A DNA stretch of 64,000 nucleotides, from NCBI RefSeq assembly GCF_009914755.1, contig NC_060948.1, one strand, 5' to 3'. Below the pieces are notes generated by a model. That model was not told the DNA's origin. It did not search any database and saw only the letters and a program-made list of their open reading frames with translations. This document shows positions 39,401-54,127 of this stretch, in pieces; the stretch's first letter is position 1; each line of letters begins with the position of its first letter. Position numbers and translations under genes: made by a program. The stretch comes from the human T2T-CHM13v2.0 reference genome, Homo sapiens.

Positions 39401-39959
39401 GTAATTGACTGGAATGGAATGTACATGAATGGAATGTAATCGAATGGAAAGTAATCCAATGGAATAGAATCTAATGTAATAAAATGGACTCAGATAGAGT
39501 AGAATATAATGGAATGGAGTGAAGTGCAATGGAATGGAACGGAATGGAATGCAATGGAATGGAATGGAATGGAATGGAATGGAATGGAATGGAATGGGAT
39601 GGAATGGTATGGAATGGATAGTAATGGACTGGAGTGAAATGGACTGGAAATGAATGGACTCAAATTGAAAGGGCTCGAAAGGAATGGAGTCAAATGGAAT
39701 GGTCTGGAATGGAATGAACACGAATGTAATGCAATCCAATAGAATGGAATCGAATGGCATGGAATATAAAGAAATGGAATCGAAGAGAATGGAAACAAAT
39801 GGAATGGAATTGAATGGAATGGAATTGAATGGAATGGGAACGAATGGAGTGAAATTGTATGCAGTGGAAAAGAATAGAATGGAATGCAAGCGAAAGCAAA
39901 GGAATGGATTGGAAAGGAATGGAATTCATTGGAATGGAAGGGAATGTAGTGTAATGGAC
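36411..39959 (+). repeat. DYZ1 unit U11 (3549 bp)
   Basis: AGGCCT at 36411; the next site is mutated to ATGCCT at 39960. Confidence 0.9.
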
Positions 39960-42900
39960 ATGCCTGGAATAAAGTGGAATGCTACGGTCTCGAATGGAAT
40001 AAAAATGTATGGAATGGAATGCAATGAAACGGAATCGAATGTCATAGAATGTAATGGAATGCAAAAAAATGGAATCCAAAATCATTGACTGGAAAGGCTG
40101 GGTGTCGAAAGGAATTGACTCCAATGGAATGGAATCGAATGGAATGGAAGTGAATAGAATCGAACTAAATCGAATGGAATGGAATTGATAGGAACGGAAT
40201 GGAAAGGAATGCAATGATTTGGCATGGAATGGAATCGAATGGCATCGAATGGAATGGAATGGAATGGAATGTATTAGAATGTAATGAACTTTAATGGGAT
40301 GTACTCGAATGGATTCGACTGGAATGGAATGTTCTGGAAGTGAATGGACTCCAATGGAATGGATTCGAAAGGAATGGAATCGAACGGAATGGAATCTAAT
40401 GGAATGGAATTAAATGGAAATGAATCAAATTGAATAGCACGGAATTGAATTGAATGGAATCGAATGCAATGGAATCTAATGAAACGGAAAGGAAAGGAAT
40501 GGAATGGAATGGAATGGGCTGGAATGGAAAGGAATCGAAACGAATGGAATGGAATCGAACTGAAGAGACTGGAATGGAATGCACTGGAATGGAAGGGAGT
40601 GTAATGGAAGGTTCTCGACAAAAATGGAATCGAATGGAATGGAATTGAATGGAACGGAATAGAGTCGAATGGAATTGAATGGAATGGAATGGACTAGAGT
40701 GAAATGGAATCGAACCACAAGGAATGGACAGGAATAGAATGGTCTCGAATTGAATGGAATCGTATGGAATGGCATCAAACGGAATGGAATGGACAGCCAC
40801 GGAATGGAATGCACTCGAATGCAATGGAGTCGAAACTAATGGACTGGAATAGAATGGACTCGACTGGTACGGACTCCAATGGAATGGAATCGAATGGAAG
40901 GGAATCGAACGGAATGGACTCGAAGGGAAAAGACTGCAATGGAAAGGTCTCGAATGGAATGGAAATTAATGGAATGGAATGGAATCGAATGAAATGGAGT
41001 CAAAAGGAATGGAATCGAATGGCAAGAAATCGAATGTAATGGAATCGCAAGGAATTGATGTGAACGGAACGGAATGGAATGGAATCCAAAGGAATGGAAT
41101 AGAATGGAATGGAATCGAATGGAAAGGACTCGAATGGAAATCACTCGAATAGAATGCAATTTAATAAAATAGGATCAAATGTAATGGAATGGAATGGAAA
41201 GGAATCGAAACGAAAGGAATGGAGACAGATGGAATGGAATGGAACAGAGAGCAATGGTATAGAATGGAATGGAATCATCTGGAATGGAATTGAATGGAAT
41301 GGAATAATATGAAATGGAATGGAATGGAATGGAATGCCCTTGAATTAAATGGACTGGAATGAAATGGACTCGATCAGAGTGGAATGGAAAGTGTTGAGAT
41401 AGAATGGAATGGACTCCTTTGGAATGGTGTAGTATGCAATGCAATCGACTGGCAGGGAATCAAAAGGAATGTAATCGAATGGATTGGACTGGAATGCAAT
41501 GGACTCGAATAGATTGCAAACGGAATGCAAAGGAATGGAATGGAATAGTATGGAATGGAATGGAAAGGAATGGAGTGGAATAGACTAGAGTGGAATGGAA
41601 TGGACTCGAAAGCAATGGACTGGAATGGAACTTTCTTGAATGGACTGGAATCAAACGGAATGGAATGCAATGCAATCAAATGGCATGGAATAAAATAGAA
41701 TGAAAGAGAATCAAATGGAATTGAATCGAATGGAATCGAATGGATTGGAAAGGAATAGAATGGAATGGAATGGAATTGACTCAAATGGAATGGACTAGAA
41801 TGGAATGGATTCGAATGGAAGGCAAAGGAATGGAATCTATTGGAATGGACTGTAATGGAATGGAATGGAAGGGATTGGAATGGACTCGAATGGAATGGAC
41901 TGCAATAGAAAGGATTCGAATGGAATGAAAAAGAATTGAATGGAATAGAACACAATGGAATCAAATCGAATGAAATGGAATGGAATAGAAAGGAATGGAA
42001 TGAAATGGAATGGAAAGGATTCGAATGGAATGCAATCGAATGGAATGGAATCGAACGGAATGGAATAAAATGGAAGAAAACTGGCAAGAAATGGAATCGA
42101 AATGAATGGAGTGTTATGGAACGGACTCAAAAGGAATTGAATGTAATAGAATGGAGTGGAGTGGACTCGAATATAATGGACTGGAATGGAATGAAATCAC
42201 ATGGAATGGGAACGAATGGAATGGAATGGAAAGGAATGGAATCGAATGGAAAGGAATCGAATGGAAGGGAATGAAATTGAATCAACAGGAATGGAAGGGA
42301 ATAGAATAGACGGTAATGGAATGGACTCGAATAGAATGGACACGAATGCTCAAATTGAATGGACTCGAATGGAATGGAAACGAAAGGAATGTCATCGAAT
42401 GGAATTGAATCGATTGGAATGAAATCGCATAGAATGGAGTGGAATCAAATGGAATTGAATCGAAAGCAAAGGAAGCGAATGGACTGAAATGAAATGGACT
42501 CAAATTGAAAGGGCTCGAAAGGAATGGAGTCAAATGGAATGGTCTGGAATGGAGTGAACACGAATGTAATGCAATCCAATAGAATGGAATCGAATGGCAT
42601 GGAATATAAAGAAATGGAATCGAAGAGAATGGAAACAAATGGAATGGAATTGAATGGAATGGAATTGAATGGAATGGGAACGAATGGAGTGAAATTGTAT
42701 GCAGTAGAAGAGAATAGAATGGAATGCAAGCGAAAGGAAAGGAATGGATTGGAATGGAATGGAATTCATTGGAATGGAAGGGAATGTAGTGTAATGGACA
42801 GGCCTGGAATAAAGTGGAATGCTACGGTCTCGAATTGAATAAAAATGTATGGAATGGAATGCAATGAAACGGAATCGAATGTCATAGAATGTAATGGAAT

Positions 42901-45900
42901 GCAAAAAATTGGAATCCAAAATCATTGACTGGAAAGGCTGGGTGTCGAAAGGAATTGACTCCAATGGAATGGAATCGAATGGAATGGAAGTGAATAGAAT
43001 CGAACTAAATCGAATGGAATGGAATTGATAGGAACGGAATGGAAAGGAATGCAATGATTTGGCATGGAGTGGAATCGAATGGCATCGAATGGAATGGAAT
43101 GGAATGCAATGGAATGGAATGTATTAGAATGTAATGAACATTAATGGAATGTACTCGAATGGATTCGACTGGCATGGAATGTTCTGGAAATGAATGGAAT
43201 CCAATGGAATGGATTCAAAAGGAATGGAATCGTACGGAATGGAATCTAATGGAATGGAATTAAATGGAAATGAATCAAATTGAATAGCACGGAATTGAAT
43301 TGAATGGAATCGAATGCAATGGAATCTAATGAAACGGAAAGGAAAGGAATGGAATGGAATGGAATGGGCTGGAATGGAAAGGAATCGAAACGAATGGAAT
43401 GGAATCGAACTGAAGAGACTGGAATGGAATGCACTGGAATGGAAGGGAGTGTAATGGAAGGTTCTCGACAAAAATGGAATCGAATGGAATGGAATTGAAT
43501 GGAACGGAATAGAGTCGAATGGAATTGAATGGAATGGAATGGACTAGAGTGAAATGGAATCGAACCACAAGGAATGGACAGGAATAGAATGGTCTCGAAT
43601 TGAATGGAATCGTATGGAATGGCATCAAACGGAATGGAATGGACAGCCACGGAATGGAATGCACTCGAATGCAATGGAGTCGAAACTAATGGACTGGAAT
43701 AGAATGGACTCGACTGGTACGGACTCCAATGGAATGGAATCGAATGGAAGGGAATCGAATGGAATGGACTCGAAGGGAAAAGACTGCAATGGAAAGGTCT
43801 CGAATGGAATGGAAATTAATGGAATGGAATGGAATCGAATGAAATGGAGTCAAAAGGAATGGAATCGAATGGCAAGAAATCGAATGTAATGGAATCGCAA
43901 GGAATTGATGTGAACGGAACGGAATGGAATGGAATCCAAAGGAATGGAATAGAATGGAATGGAATCGAATGGAAAGGACTCGAATGGAAATCACTAGAAT
44001 AGAAAGCAATTTAATAAAATAGGATCAAATGTAATGGAATGGAATGGAAAGGAATCGAAACGAAAGGAATGGAGACAGATGGAATGGAATGGAACAGAGA
44101 GCAATGGTATAGAATGGAATGGAATCATCTGGAATGGAATTGAATGGAATGGAATAATATGAAATGGAATGGAATGGAATGGAATGCCTTTGAATTAAAT
44201 GGACTGGAATGGAATGGACTCGAACAGAGTGGAATGGAAAGTGATGAGATAGAATGGAATGGACTCGTTTGGAATGGTGTAGTATGCAATGTAATCGACT
44301 GGCAGGGAATCAAAAGGAATGTAATCGAATGGATTGTACTGGAATGCAATGGACTCGAATAGATTGGAAACGGAATGCAAAGGAATGGAATGGAATAGTA
44401 TGGAATGGAATGGAAAGAAATGGAGTGGAATAGACTAGAGTGGAATGGAATGGACTGGAAAGCAATGGACTGGAATGGAACTTTCTTGAATGGACTGGAA
44501 TCAAACGGAATGGAATGCAATGCAATCAAATGGCATGGAATAAAATAGAATGAAAGAGAATCAAATGGAATTGAATCGAATGGAATCGAATGGATTGGAA
44601 AGGAATAGAATGGAATGGTATGGAATTGACTCAAATGGAATGGACTAGAATGGAATGGATTCGAATGGAAGGCAAAGGAATGGAATCTATTGGAATGGAC
44701 TGTAATGGAATGGAATGGAAGGGATTGGAATGGACTCGAATGGAATGGACTGCAATAGAAAGGATTCGAATGGAATGAAAAAGAATTGAATGGAATAGAA
44801 CACAATGGAATCAAATCGAATGAAATGGAATGGAATAGAAAGGAATGGAATGAAATGGAATGGAAAGGATTCGAATGGAATGCAATCGAATGGAATGGAA
44901 TCGAACGGAATGGAATAAAATGGAAGAAAACTGGCAAGAAATGGAATCGAAATGAATGGAGTGTTATGGAACGGACTCAAAAGGAATTGAATGTAATAGA
45001 ATGGAGTGGAGTGGACTCGAATATAATGGACTGGAATGGAATGAAATCACATGGAATGGGAACGAATGGAATGGAATGGAAAGGAATGGAATCGAATGGA
45101 AAGGAATCGAATGGAAGGGAATGAAATTGAATCAACAGGAATGGAAGGGAATAGAATAGACGGTAATGGAATGGACTCGAATAGAATGGACACGAATGCT
45201 CAAATTGAATGGACTCGAATGGAATGGAAACGAAAGGAATGTCATCGAATGGAATTGAATCGATTGGAATGAAATCGCATAGAATGGAGTGGAATCAAAT
45301 GGAATTGAATCGAAAGCAAAGGAAGCGAATGGACTGAAATGAAATGGACTCAAATTGAAAGGGCTCGAAAGGAATGGAGTCAAATGGAATGGTCTGGAAT
45401 GGAGTGAACACGAATGTAATGCAATCCAATAGAATGGAATCGAATGGCATGGAATATAAAGAAATGGAATCGAAGAGAATGGAAACAAATGGAATGGAAT
45501 TGAATGGAATGGAATTGAATGGAATGGGAACGAATGGAGTGAAATTGTATGCAGTAGAAGAGAATAGAATGGAATGCAAGCGAAAGGAAAGGAATGGATT
45601 GGAATGGAATGGAATTCATTGGAATGGAAGGGAATGTAGTGTAATGGACAGGCCTGGAATAAAGTGGAATGCTACGGTCTCGAATGGAATAAAAATGTAT
45701 GGAATGGAATGCAATGAAACGGAATCGAATGTCATAGAATGTAATGGAATGCAAAAAATTGGAATCCAAAATCATTGACTGGAAAGGCTGGGTGTCGAAA
45801 GGAATTGACTCCAATGGAATGGAATCGAATGGAATGGAAGTGAATAGAATCCAACTAAATCGAATGGAATGGAATTGATAGGAACGGAATGGAAAGGAAT

Positions 45901-48479
45901 GCAATGATTTGGCATGGAGTGGAATCGAATGGCATCGAATGGAATGGAATGGAATGCAATGGAATGGAATGTATTAGAATGTAATGAACATTAATGGAAT
46001 GTACTCGAATGGATTCGACTGGCATGGAATGTTCTGGAAGTGAATGGAATCCAATGGAATGGATTCAAAAGGAATGGAATCGTACGGAAAGGAATCTAAT
46101 GGAATGGAATTAAATGGAAATGAATCAAATTGAATAGCACGGAATTGAATTGAATGGAATCGAATGCAATGGAATCTAATGAAACGGAAAGGAAAGGAAT
46201 GGAATGGAATGGGCTGGAATGGAAAGGAATCGAAACGAATGGAATGGAATCGAACTGAAGAGACTGGAATGGAATGCACTGGAATGGAAGGGAGTGTAAT
46301 GGAAGGTTCTCGACAAAAATGGAATCGAATGGAATGGAATTGAATGGAACGGAATAGAGTGGAATGGAATTGAATGGAATGGAATGGACTAGAGTGAAAT
46401 GGAATCGAACCACAAGGAATGGACAGGAATAGAATGGTCTCGAATTGAATGGAATCGTATGGAATGGCATCAAACGGAATGGAATGGACAGTCACGGAAT
46501 GGAATGCATTCGAATGCAATGGAGTCGAAACTAATGGACTGGAATAGAATGGACTCGACTGGTACGAACTCCAATGGAATGGAATCGAATGGAAGGGAAT
46601 CGAACGGAATGGACTCGAAGGGAAAAGACTGCAATGGAAAGGTCTCGAATGGAATGGAAATTAATGGAATGGAATGGAATCGAATGAAATGGAGTCAAAA
46701 GGAATGGAATCGAATGGCAAGAAATCGAATGTAATGGAATCGCAAGGAATTGATGTGAACGGAACGGAATGGAATGGAATCCAAAGGAATGGAATCGAAT
46801 GGAATGGAATCGAATGGAAAGGACTCGAATGGAAATCACTCGAATAGAATGCAATTTAATAAAATAGGATCAAATGTAATGGAATGGAATGGAAAGGAAT
46901 CGAAACGAAAGGAATGGAGACAGATGGAATGGAATGGAACAGAGAGCAATGGTATAGAATGGAATGGAATCATCTGGAATGGAATTGAATGGAATGGAAA
47001 AATATGAAATGGAATGGAATGGAATGGAATGTCCTTGAATTAAATGGACTGGCATGGAATGGACTCGAACAGAGTGGAATGGAAAGTGTTGAAATAGAAT
47101 GTAATGGACTCCTTTGGAATGGTCTAGTATGCAATGCAATCGACTGGCAGGGAATCAAAAGGAATGTAATCGAATGGATTGGACTGGAATGCAATGGACT
47201 CGAATAGATTGGAAACGGAAAGCAAAGGAATGGAATGGAATAGTATGGAATGGAATGGAAAGGAATGGAGTGGAATAGACTAGAGTGGAATGGAATGGAC
47301 TCGAAAGCAATGGACTGTAATGGAACTTTCTTGAATGGACTGGAATCAAACGGAATGGAATGCAATGCAATCAAATGGCATGGAATAAAATAGAATGAAA
47401 GAGAATCAAATGGAATTGAATCGAATGGAATCGAATGGATTGGAAAGGAATAGAATGGAATGGAATGGAATTGACTCAAATGGAATGGACTAGAATGGAA
47501 TGGATTCGAATGGAAGGCAAAGGAATGGAATCTATTGGAATGGACTGTAATGGAATGGAATGGAAGGGATTGGAATGGACTCGAATGGAATAGACTGCAA
47601 TAGAAAGGATTCGAATGGAATGAAAAAGAATTGAATGGAATAGAACAGAATGGAATCAAATCGAATGAAATGGAATGGAATAGAAAGGAATGGAATGAAA
47701 TGGAATGGAAAGGATTCGAATGGAATGCAATCGAATGGAATGGAATCGAACGGAATGGAATAAAATGGAAGAAAACTGGCAAGAAATGGAATCGAAATGA
47801 ATGGAGTGTTATGGAACGGACTCAAAAGGAATTGAATGTAATAGAATGGAGTGGAGTGGACTCGAATATAATGGACTGGAATGGAATGAAATCACATGGA
47901 ATGGGAACGAATGGAATGGAATGGAAAGGAAAGGAATCGAATGGAAGGGAATGAAATTGAATCAACAGGAATGGAAGGGAATAGAATAGACGGTAATGGA
48001 ATGGACTCGAATAGAATGGACACGAATGCACAAATTGAATGGACTCGAATGGAATGGAAACGAAAGGAATGTCATCGAATGGAATTGAATCGATTGGAAT
48101 GAAATCGCATAGAATGGAGTGGAGTCAAATGGAATTGAAACGAAAGCAAAGGAAGCGAATGGACTGAAATGAAATGGACTCAAATTGAAAGGGCTCGAAA
48201 GGAATGGAGTCAAATGGAATGGTCTGGAATGGAATGAACACGAATGTAATGCAATCCAATAGAATGGAATCGAATGGCATGGAATATAAAGAAATGGAAT
48301 CGAAGAGAATGGAAACAAATGGAATGGAATTGAATGGAATGGAATTGAATGGAATGGGAACGAATGGAGTGAAATTGTATGCAGTAGAAGAGAATAGAAT
48401 GGAATACAAGCGAAAGGAAAGGAATGGATTGGAATGGAATGGAATTCATTGGAATGGAAGGGAATGTAGTGTAATGGAC
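39960..48479 (+). repeat. Three consecutive short DYZ1 units (2840, 2850, 2830 bp) with a shared ~700-bp deletion
   Basis: Landmarks at 39960, 42800, 45650 and 48480; junction GGACTGAAATGAAATGGA|CTCAAATTG at 42498, 45348 and 48178. Confidence 0.92.
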
Positions 48480-51400
48480 AGGCCTGGAATAAAGTGGAAT
48501 GCTACGGTCTCGAATGGAATAAAAATGTATGGAATGGAATGCAATGAAACGGAATCGAATGTCATAGAATGTAATGGAATGCAACAAAATGGAATCCAAA
48601 ATCATTGACTGGAAAGGCTGGGTGTCGAAAGGAATTGACTCCAATGGAATGGAATCGAATGGAATGGAAGTGAATAGAATCGAACTAAATCGAATGGAAT
48701 GGAATTGATAGGAACGGAATGGAAAGGAATGCAATGATTTGGCATGGAATGGAATCGAATGGCATCGAATGGAATGGAATGGAATGCAATGGAATGGAAT
48801 GTATTAGAATGTAATGAACATTAATGGAATGTACTCGAATGGATTCGACTGGCATGGAATGTTCTGGAAGTGAATGGAATCCAATGGAATGGATTCAAAA
48901 GGAATGGAATCGTACGGAATGGAATCTAATGGAATGGAATTAAATGGAAATGAATCAAATTGAATAGCACGGAATTGAATTGAATGGAATCGAATGCAAT
49001 GGAATCTAATGAAACGGAAAGGAAAGGAATGGAATGGAATGGAATGGGCTGGAATGGAAAGGAATCGAAACGAATGGAATGGAATCGAACTGAAGAGACT
49101 GGAATGGAATGCACTGGAATGGAAGGGAGTGTAATGGAAGGTTCTCGACAAAAATGGAATCGAATGGAATGGAATTGAATGGAACGGAATAGAGTCGAAT
49201 GGAATTGAATGGAATGGAATGGACTAGAGTGAAATGGAATCGAACCACAAGGAATGGACAGGAATAGAATGGTCTCGAATTGAATGGAATCGTATGGAAT
49301 GGCATCAAACGGAATGGAATGGACAGCCACGGAATGGAATGCACTCGAATGCAATGGAGTCGAAACTAATGGACTGGAATAGAATGGACTCGACTGGTAG
49401 GGACTCCAATGGAATGGAATCGAATGGAAGGGAATCGAATGGAATGGACTCGAAGGGAAAAGACTGCAATGGAAAGGTATCGAATGGAATGGAAATTAAT
49501 GGAATGGAATGGAATCGAATGAAATGGAGTCAAAAGGAATGGAATCGAATGGCAAGAAATCGAATGTAATGGAATCGCAAGGAATTGATGTGAACGGAAC
49601 GGAATGGAATGGAATCCAAAGGAATGGAATAGAATGGAATGGAATCGAATGGAAAGGACTCGAATGGAAATCACTCGAATAGAAAGCAATTTAATAAAAT
49701 AGGATCAAATGTAATGGAATGGAATGGAAAGGAATCGAAACGAAAGGAATGGAGACAGATGGAATGGAATGGAACAGAGAGCAATGGTATAGAATGGAAT
49801 GGAATCATCTGGAATGGAATTGAATGGAATGGAATAATATGAAATGGAATGGAATGGAATGGAATGCCTTTGAATTAAATGGACTGGAATGGAATGGACT
49901 CGAACAGAGTGGAATGGAAAGTGATGAGATAGAATGGAATGGACTCGTTTGGAATGGTCTAGTATGCAATGCAATCGACTGGCAGGGAATCAAAAGGAAT
50001 GTAATCGAATGGATTGTACTGGAATCCAATGGACTCGAATAGATTGGAAACGGAATGCAAAGGAATGGAATGGAATAGTATGGAATGGAATGGAAAGAAA
50101 TGGAGTGGAATAGACTAGAGTGGAATGGAATGGACTCGAAAGCAATGGACTGGAATGGAACTTTCTTGAATGGACTGGAATCAAACGGAATGGAATGCAA
50201 TGCAATCAAATGGCATGGAATAAAATAGAATGAAAGAGAATCAAATGGAATTGAATCGAATGGAATCGAATGGATTGGAAAGGAATAGAATGGAATGGAA
50301 TGGAATTGACTCAAATGGAATGGACTAGAATGGAATGGATTCGAATGGAAGGCAAAGGAATGGAATCTATTGGAATGGACTGTAATGGAATGGAATGGAA
50401 GGGATTGGAATGGACTCGAATGGAATGGACTGCAATAGAAAGGATTCGAATGGAATGAAAAAGAATTGAATGGAATAGAACACAATGGAATCAAATCGAA
50501 TGAAATGGAATGGAATAGAAAGGAATGGAATGAAATGGAATGGAAAGGATTCGAATGGAATGCAATCGAATGGAATGGAATCGAACGGAATGGAATAAAA
50601 TGGAAGAAAACTGGCAAGAAATGGAATCGAAATGAATGCAGTGTTATGGAACGGACTCAAAAGGAATTGAATGTAATAGAATGGAGTGGAGTGGACTCGA
50701 ATATAATGGACTGGAAGGGAATGAAATCACATGGAATGGGAACGAATGGAATGGAATGGAAAGGAATGGAATCGAATGGAAAGGAATCGAATGGAAGGGA
50801 ATGAAATTGAATCAACAGGAATGGAAGGGAATAGAATAGACGGTAATGGAATGGACTCGAATAGAATGGACACGAATGCTCAAATTGAATGGACTCGAAT
50901 GGAATGGAAACGAAAGGAATGTCATCGAATGGAATTGAATCGATTGGAATGAAATCGCATAGAATGGAGTGGAATCAAATGGATTTGAATCGAAAGGAAA
51001 GGAAGCGAATGGACTGAAATGAAATGGAATGGAATTGAATGGAAAGTAATGCAATGGAATAGAATGGAACGAAATTTCACGGAATGGAATCAAACTGAAT
51101 GGAATCAAATCAATGGAATCAAATCAAATGGAATGGAAAGGAATTGAATGGAGTAGATTGGATTGGATGGGATTGGAATGAAATGTACTGGAAAGGACTC
51201 GAATTTCATGAAACGGAATGGAATGAATTGGAACGGAAGGGACTCGAATGGAATGGAATGTCATGGAATGGCATCAAATGGAATGACATCAAATGGAATG
51301 GAATCGAATACAATGGAATGTTATGGAATGGAATGGAATGCATTGGAATGGAATGTCCTCTAATGGAATGGATTCGAGTGGAATGGAATCGAATATAATG

Positions 51401-54127
51401 GAGTCGAATGAAATGGAATTGAAAGGAATGGGATCGAATAGAATGGAATATACTGGAATGTAATGTAATGAACTGGAATGTAATTGACTGGAATGGAATG
51501 TAGATGAATGGAATGTAATCGAATGGAAAGTAATCCAATGGAATAGAATCTAATGCAATAAAACCGACTCAGATAGAGTAGAATGTAATGGAATGGAGTG
51601 CAGTGCAATGGAATGGAATGGAATTGAATGGAATGGAATGGAATGGAATGGAATGGAATGGAATGGGATGGAATGGTATGGAATGGATAGTAATGGACTG
51701 GAGTGAAATGGACTGGAAAGGAATGGACTCAAATTGAAAGGGCTCGAAAGGAATGGAGTCAAATGGAATGGTCTGGAATGGAATGAACACGAATGTAATG
51801 CAATCCAATAGAATGGAATCGAATGGCATGGAATATAAAGAAATGGAATCGAAGAGAATGGAAACAAATGGAATGGAATTGAATGGAATGGAATTGAATG
51901 GAATGGGAACGAATGGAGTGAAATTGTATGCAGTAGAAGGGAATAGAATGGAATGCAAGCGAAAGGAAAGGAATGGATTGGAATGGAATGGAATTCATTG
52001 GAATGGAAGGGAATGTAGTGTAATGCACAGGCCTGGAATAAAGTGGAATGCTACGGTCTCGAATGGAATAAAAATGTATGGAATGGAATGCAATGAAACG
52101 GAATCGAATGTCATAGAATGTAATGGAATGCAACAAAATGGAATCCAAAATCATTGACTGGAAAGGCTGGGTGTCGAAAGGAATTGACTCCAATGGAATG
52201 GAATCGAATGGAATGGAAGTGAATAGAATCGAACTAAATCGAAAGGAATGGAATTGATAGGAACGGAATGGAAAGGAATGCAATGATTTGGCATGGGATG
52301 GAATCGAATGGCATCGAATGGAATGGAATGGAATGGAATGGAATGGAATGGAATGGAATGGAATGTATTAGAATGTAATGAACATTAATGGAATGTACTC
52401 TAATGGATTCGACTGTAATGGAATGTTCTGGAAGTGAATGGACTCCAATGGAATGGATTCGAAAGGAATGGAATCGAACGGAATGGATTCTAATGGAATG
52501 GAATGAAATGGAAATGAATCAAATTGAATAGCACGGAATTGAATTGAATGGAATCGAATGCAATGGAATCTAATGAAACGGAAAGGAAAGGAATGGAATG
52601 GAATGGAATGGGCTGGAATGGAATGGAATGGAAACGAATGGAATGGAATCGAACTGAAGAGACTGGAATGGAATGCACTGGAACGGAAGGGAGTGTAATG
52701 GAAGGTTCTCGAGAAAATGGAATCGAATGGAATGGAATTGAATAGAACGGAATAGAGTCGAATGGAATTCAATGGAATGGAATGGACTAGAATGAAATGG
52801 AATCGAACCACAAGGAATGGACAGGAATAGAATGGTCTCGAATTGAATGGAATCGTATGGAATGGCATCAAACGGAATGGAATGGACAGCCACGGAATGG
52901 AATGCACTCGAATGCAATGGAGTCGAAACTAATGGACTGGAATAGAATGGACTCGACTGGTACGGACTCCAATGTAATGGAATCGAATGGAAGGGAATCG
53001 AACGGAATGGACTCGAAGGGAAAAGACTGCAACGGAAAGGTCTCGAATGGAATGGAAATTAATGGAATGGAATGGAATCGAATGAAATGGAGTCAAAAGG
53101 AATGGAATCGAATGGCAAGAAATCGAATGTAATGGAATCGCAAGGAATTGTTGTGAACGGAACGGAATGGAATGGAATCCAAAGGAATGGAATAGAATGG
53201 AATGGAATCGAATGGAAAGGACTCGAATGGAAATCACTCGAATAGAATGCAATTTAATAAAATAGGATCAAATGTAATGGAATGGAATGGAAAGGAATCG
53301 AAACGAAAGGAATGGAGACAGATGGAATGGAATGGAACAGAGAGCAATGGTATAGAATGGAATGGAATCCTCTGGAATGGAATTGAATGGAATGGAATAA
53401 TATGAAATGGAATGGAATGGAATGGAATGCCCTTGAATTAAATGGACTGGAATGGAATGGACTCGAACAGAGTGGAATGGAAAGTGTTGAAATAGAATGG
53501 AATGGACTCCTTTGGAATGGTGTAGTATGCAATGCAATCGACAGGCAGGGAATCAAAAGGAATGTAATCGAATGGATTGGACTGGAATGCAATGGACTCA
53601 AATAGATTGGAAACGGAATGCAAAGGAATGGAATGGAATAGTATGGAATGGAATGGAAAGGAATGGAGTGGAATAGACTAGAGTGGAATGGAATGGACTA
53701 GAAAGCAATGGACTGGAATGGAACTTTCTTGAATGGACTGGAATCAAACGGAATGGAATGCAATGCAATCAAATGGCATGGAATAAAATAGAATGAAAGA
53801 GAATCAAATGGAATTGAATCGAATGGAATCGAATGGATTGGAAAGGAATAGAATGGAATGGAATGGAATTGACTCAAATGGAATGGACTAGAATGGAATG
53901 GATTCGAATGGAAGGCAAAGGAATGGAATCTATTGGAATGGACTGTAATGGAATGGAATGGAAGGGATTGGAATGGACTCGAATGGAATGGACTGCAATA
54001 GAAAGGATTCGAATGGAATGAAAAAGAATTGAATGGAATAGAACAGAATGGAATCAAATCGAATGAAATGGAATGGAATAGAAAGGAATGGAATGAAATG
54101 GAATGGAAAGGATTCGAATGGAATGCT
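47730..54127 (+). repeat. 6398-bp higher-order block (short + full unit), copy 1
   Basis: All landmarks recur at +6398 (47631/54029, 48480/54878, 50466/56864, 52029/58427, XhoI 52708/59106). Confidence 0.92.
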
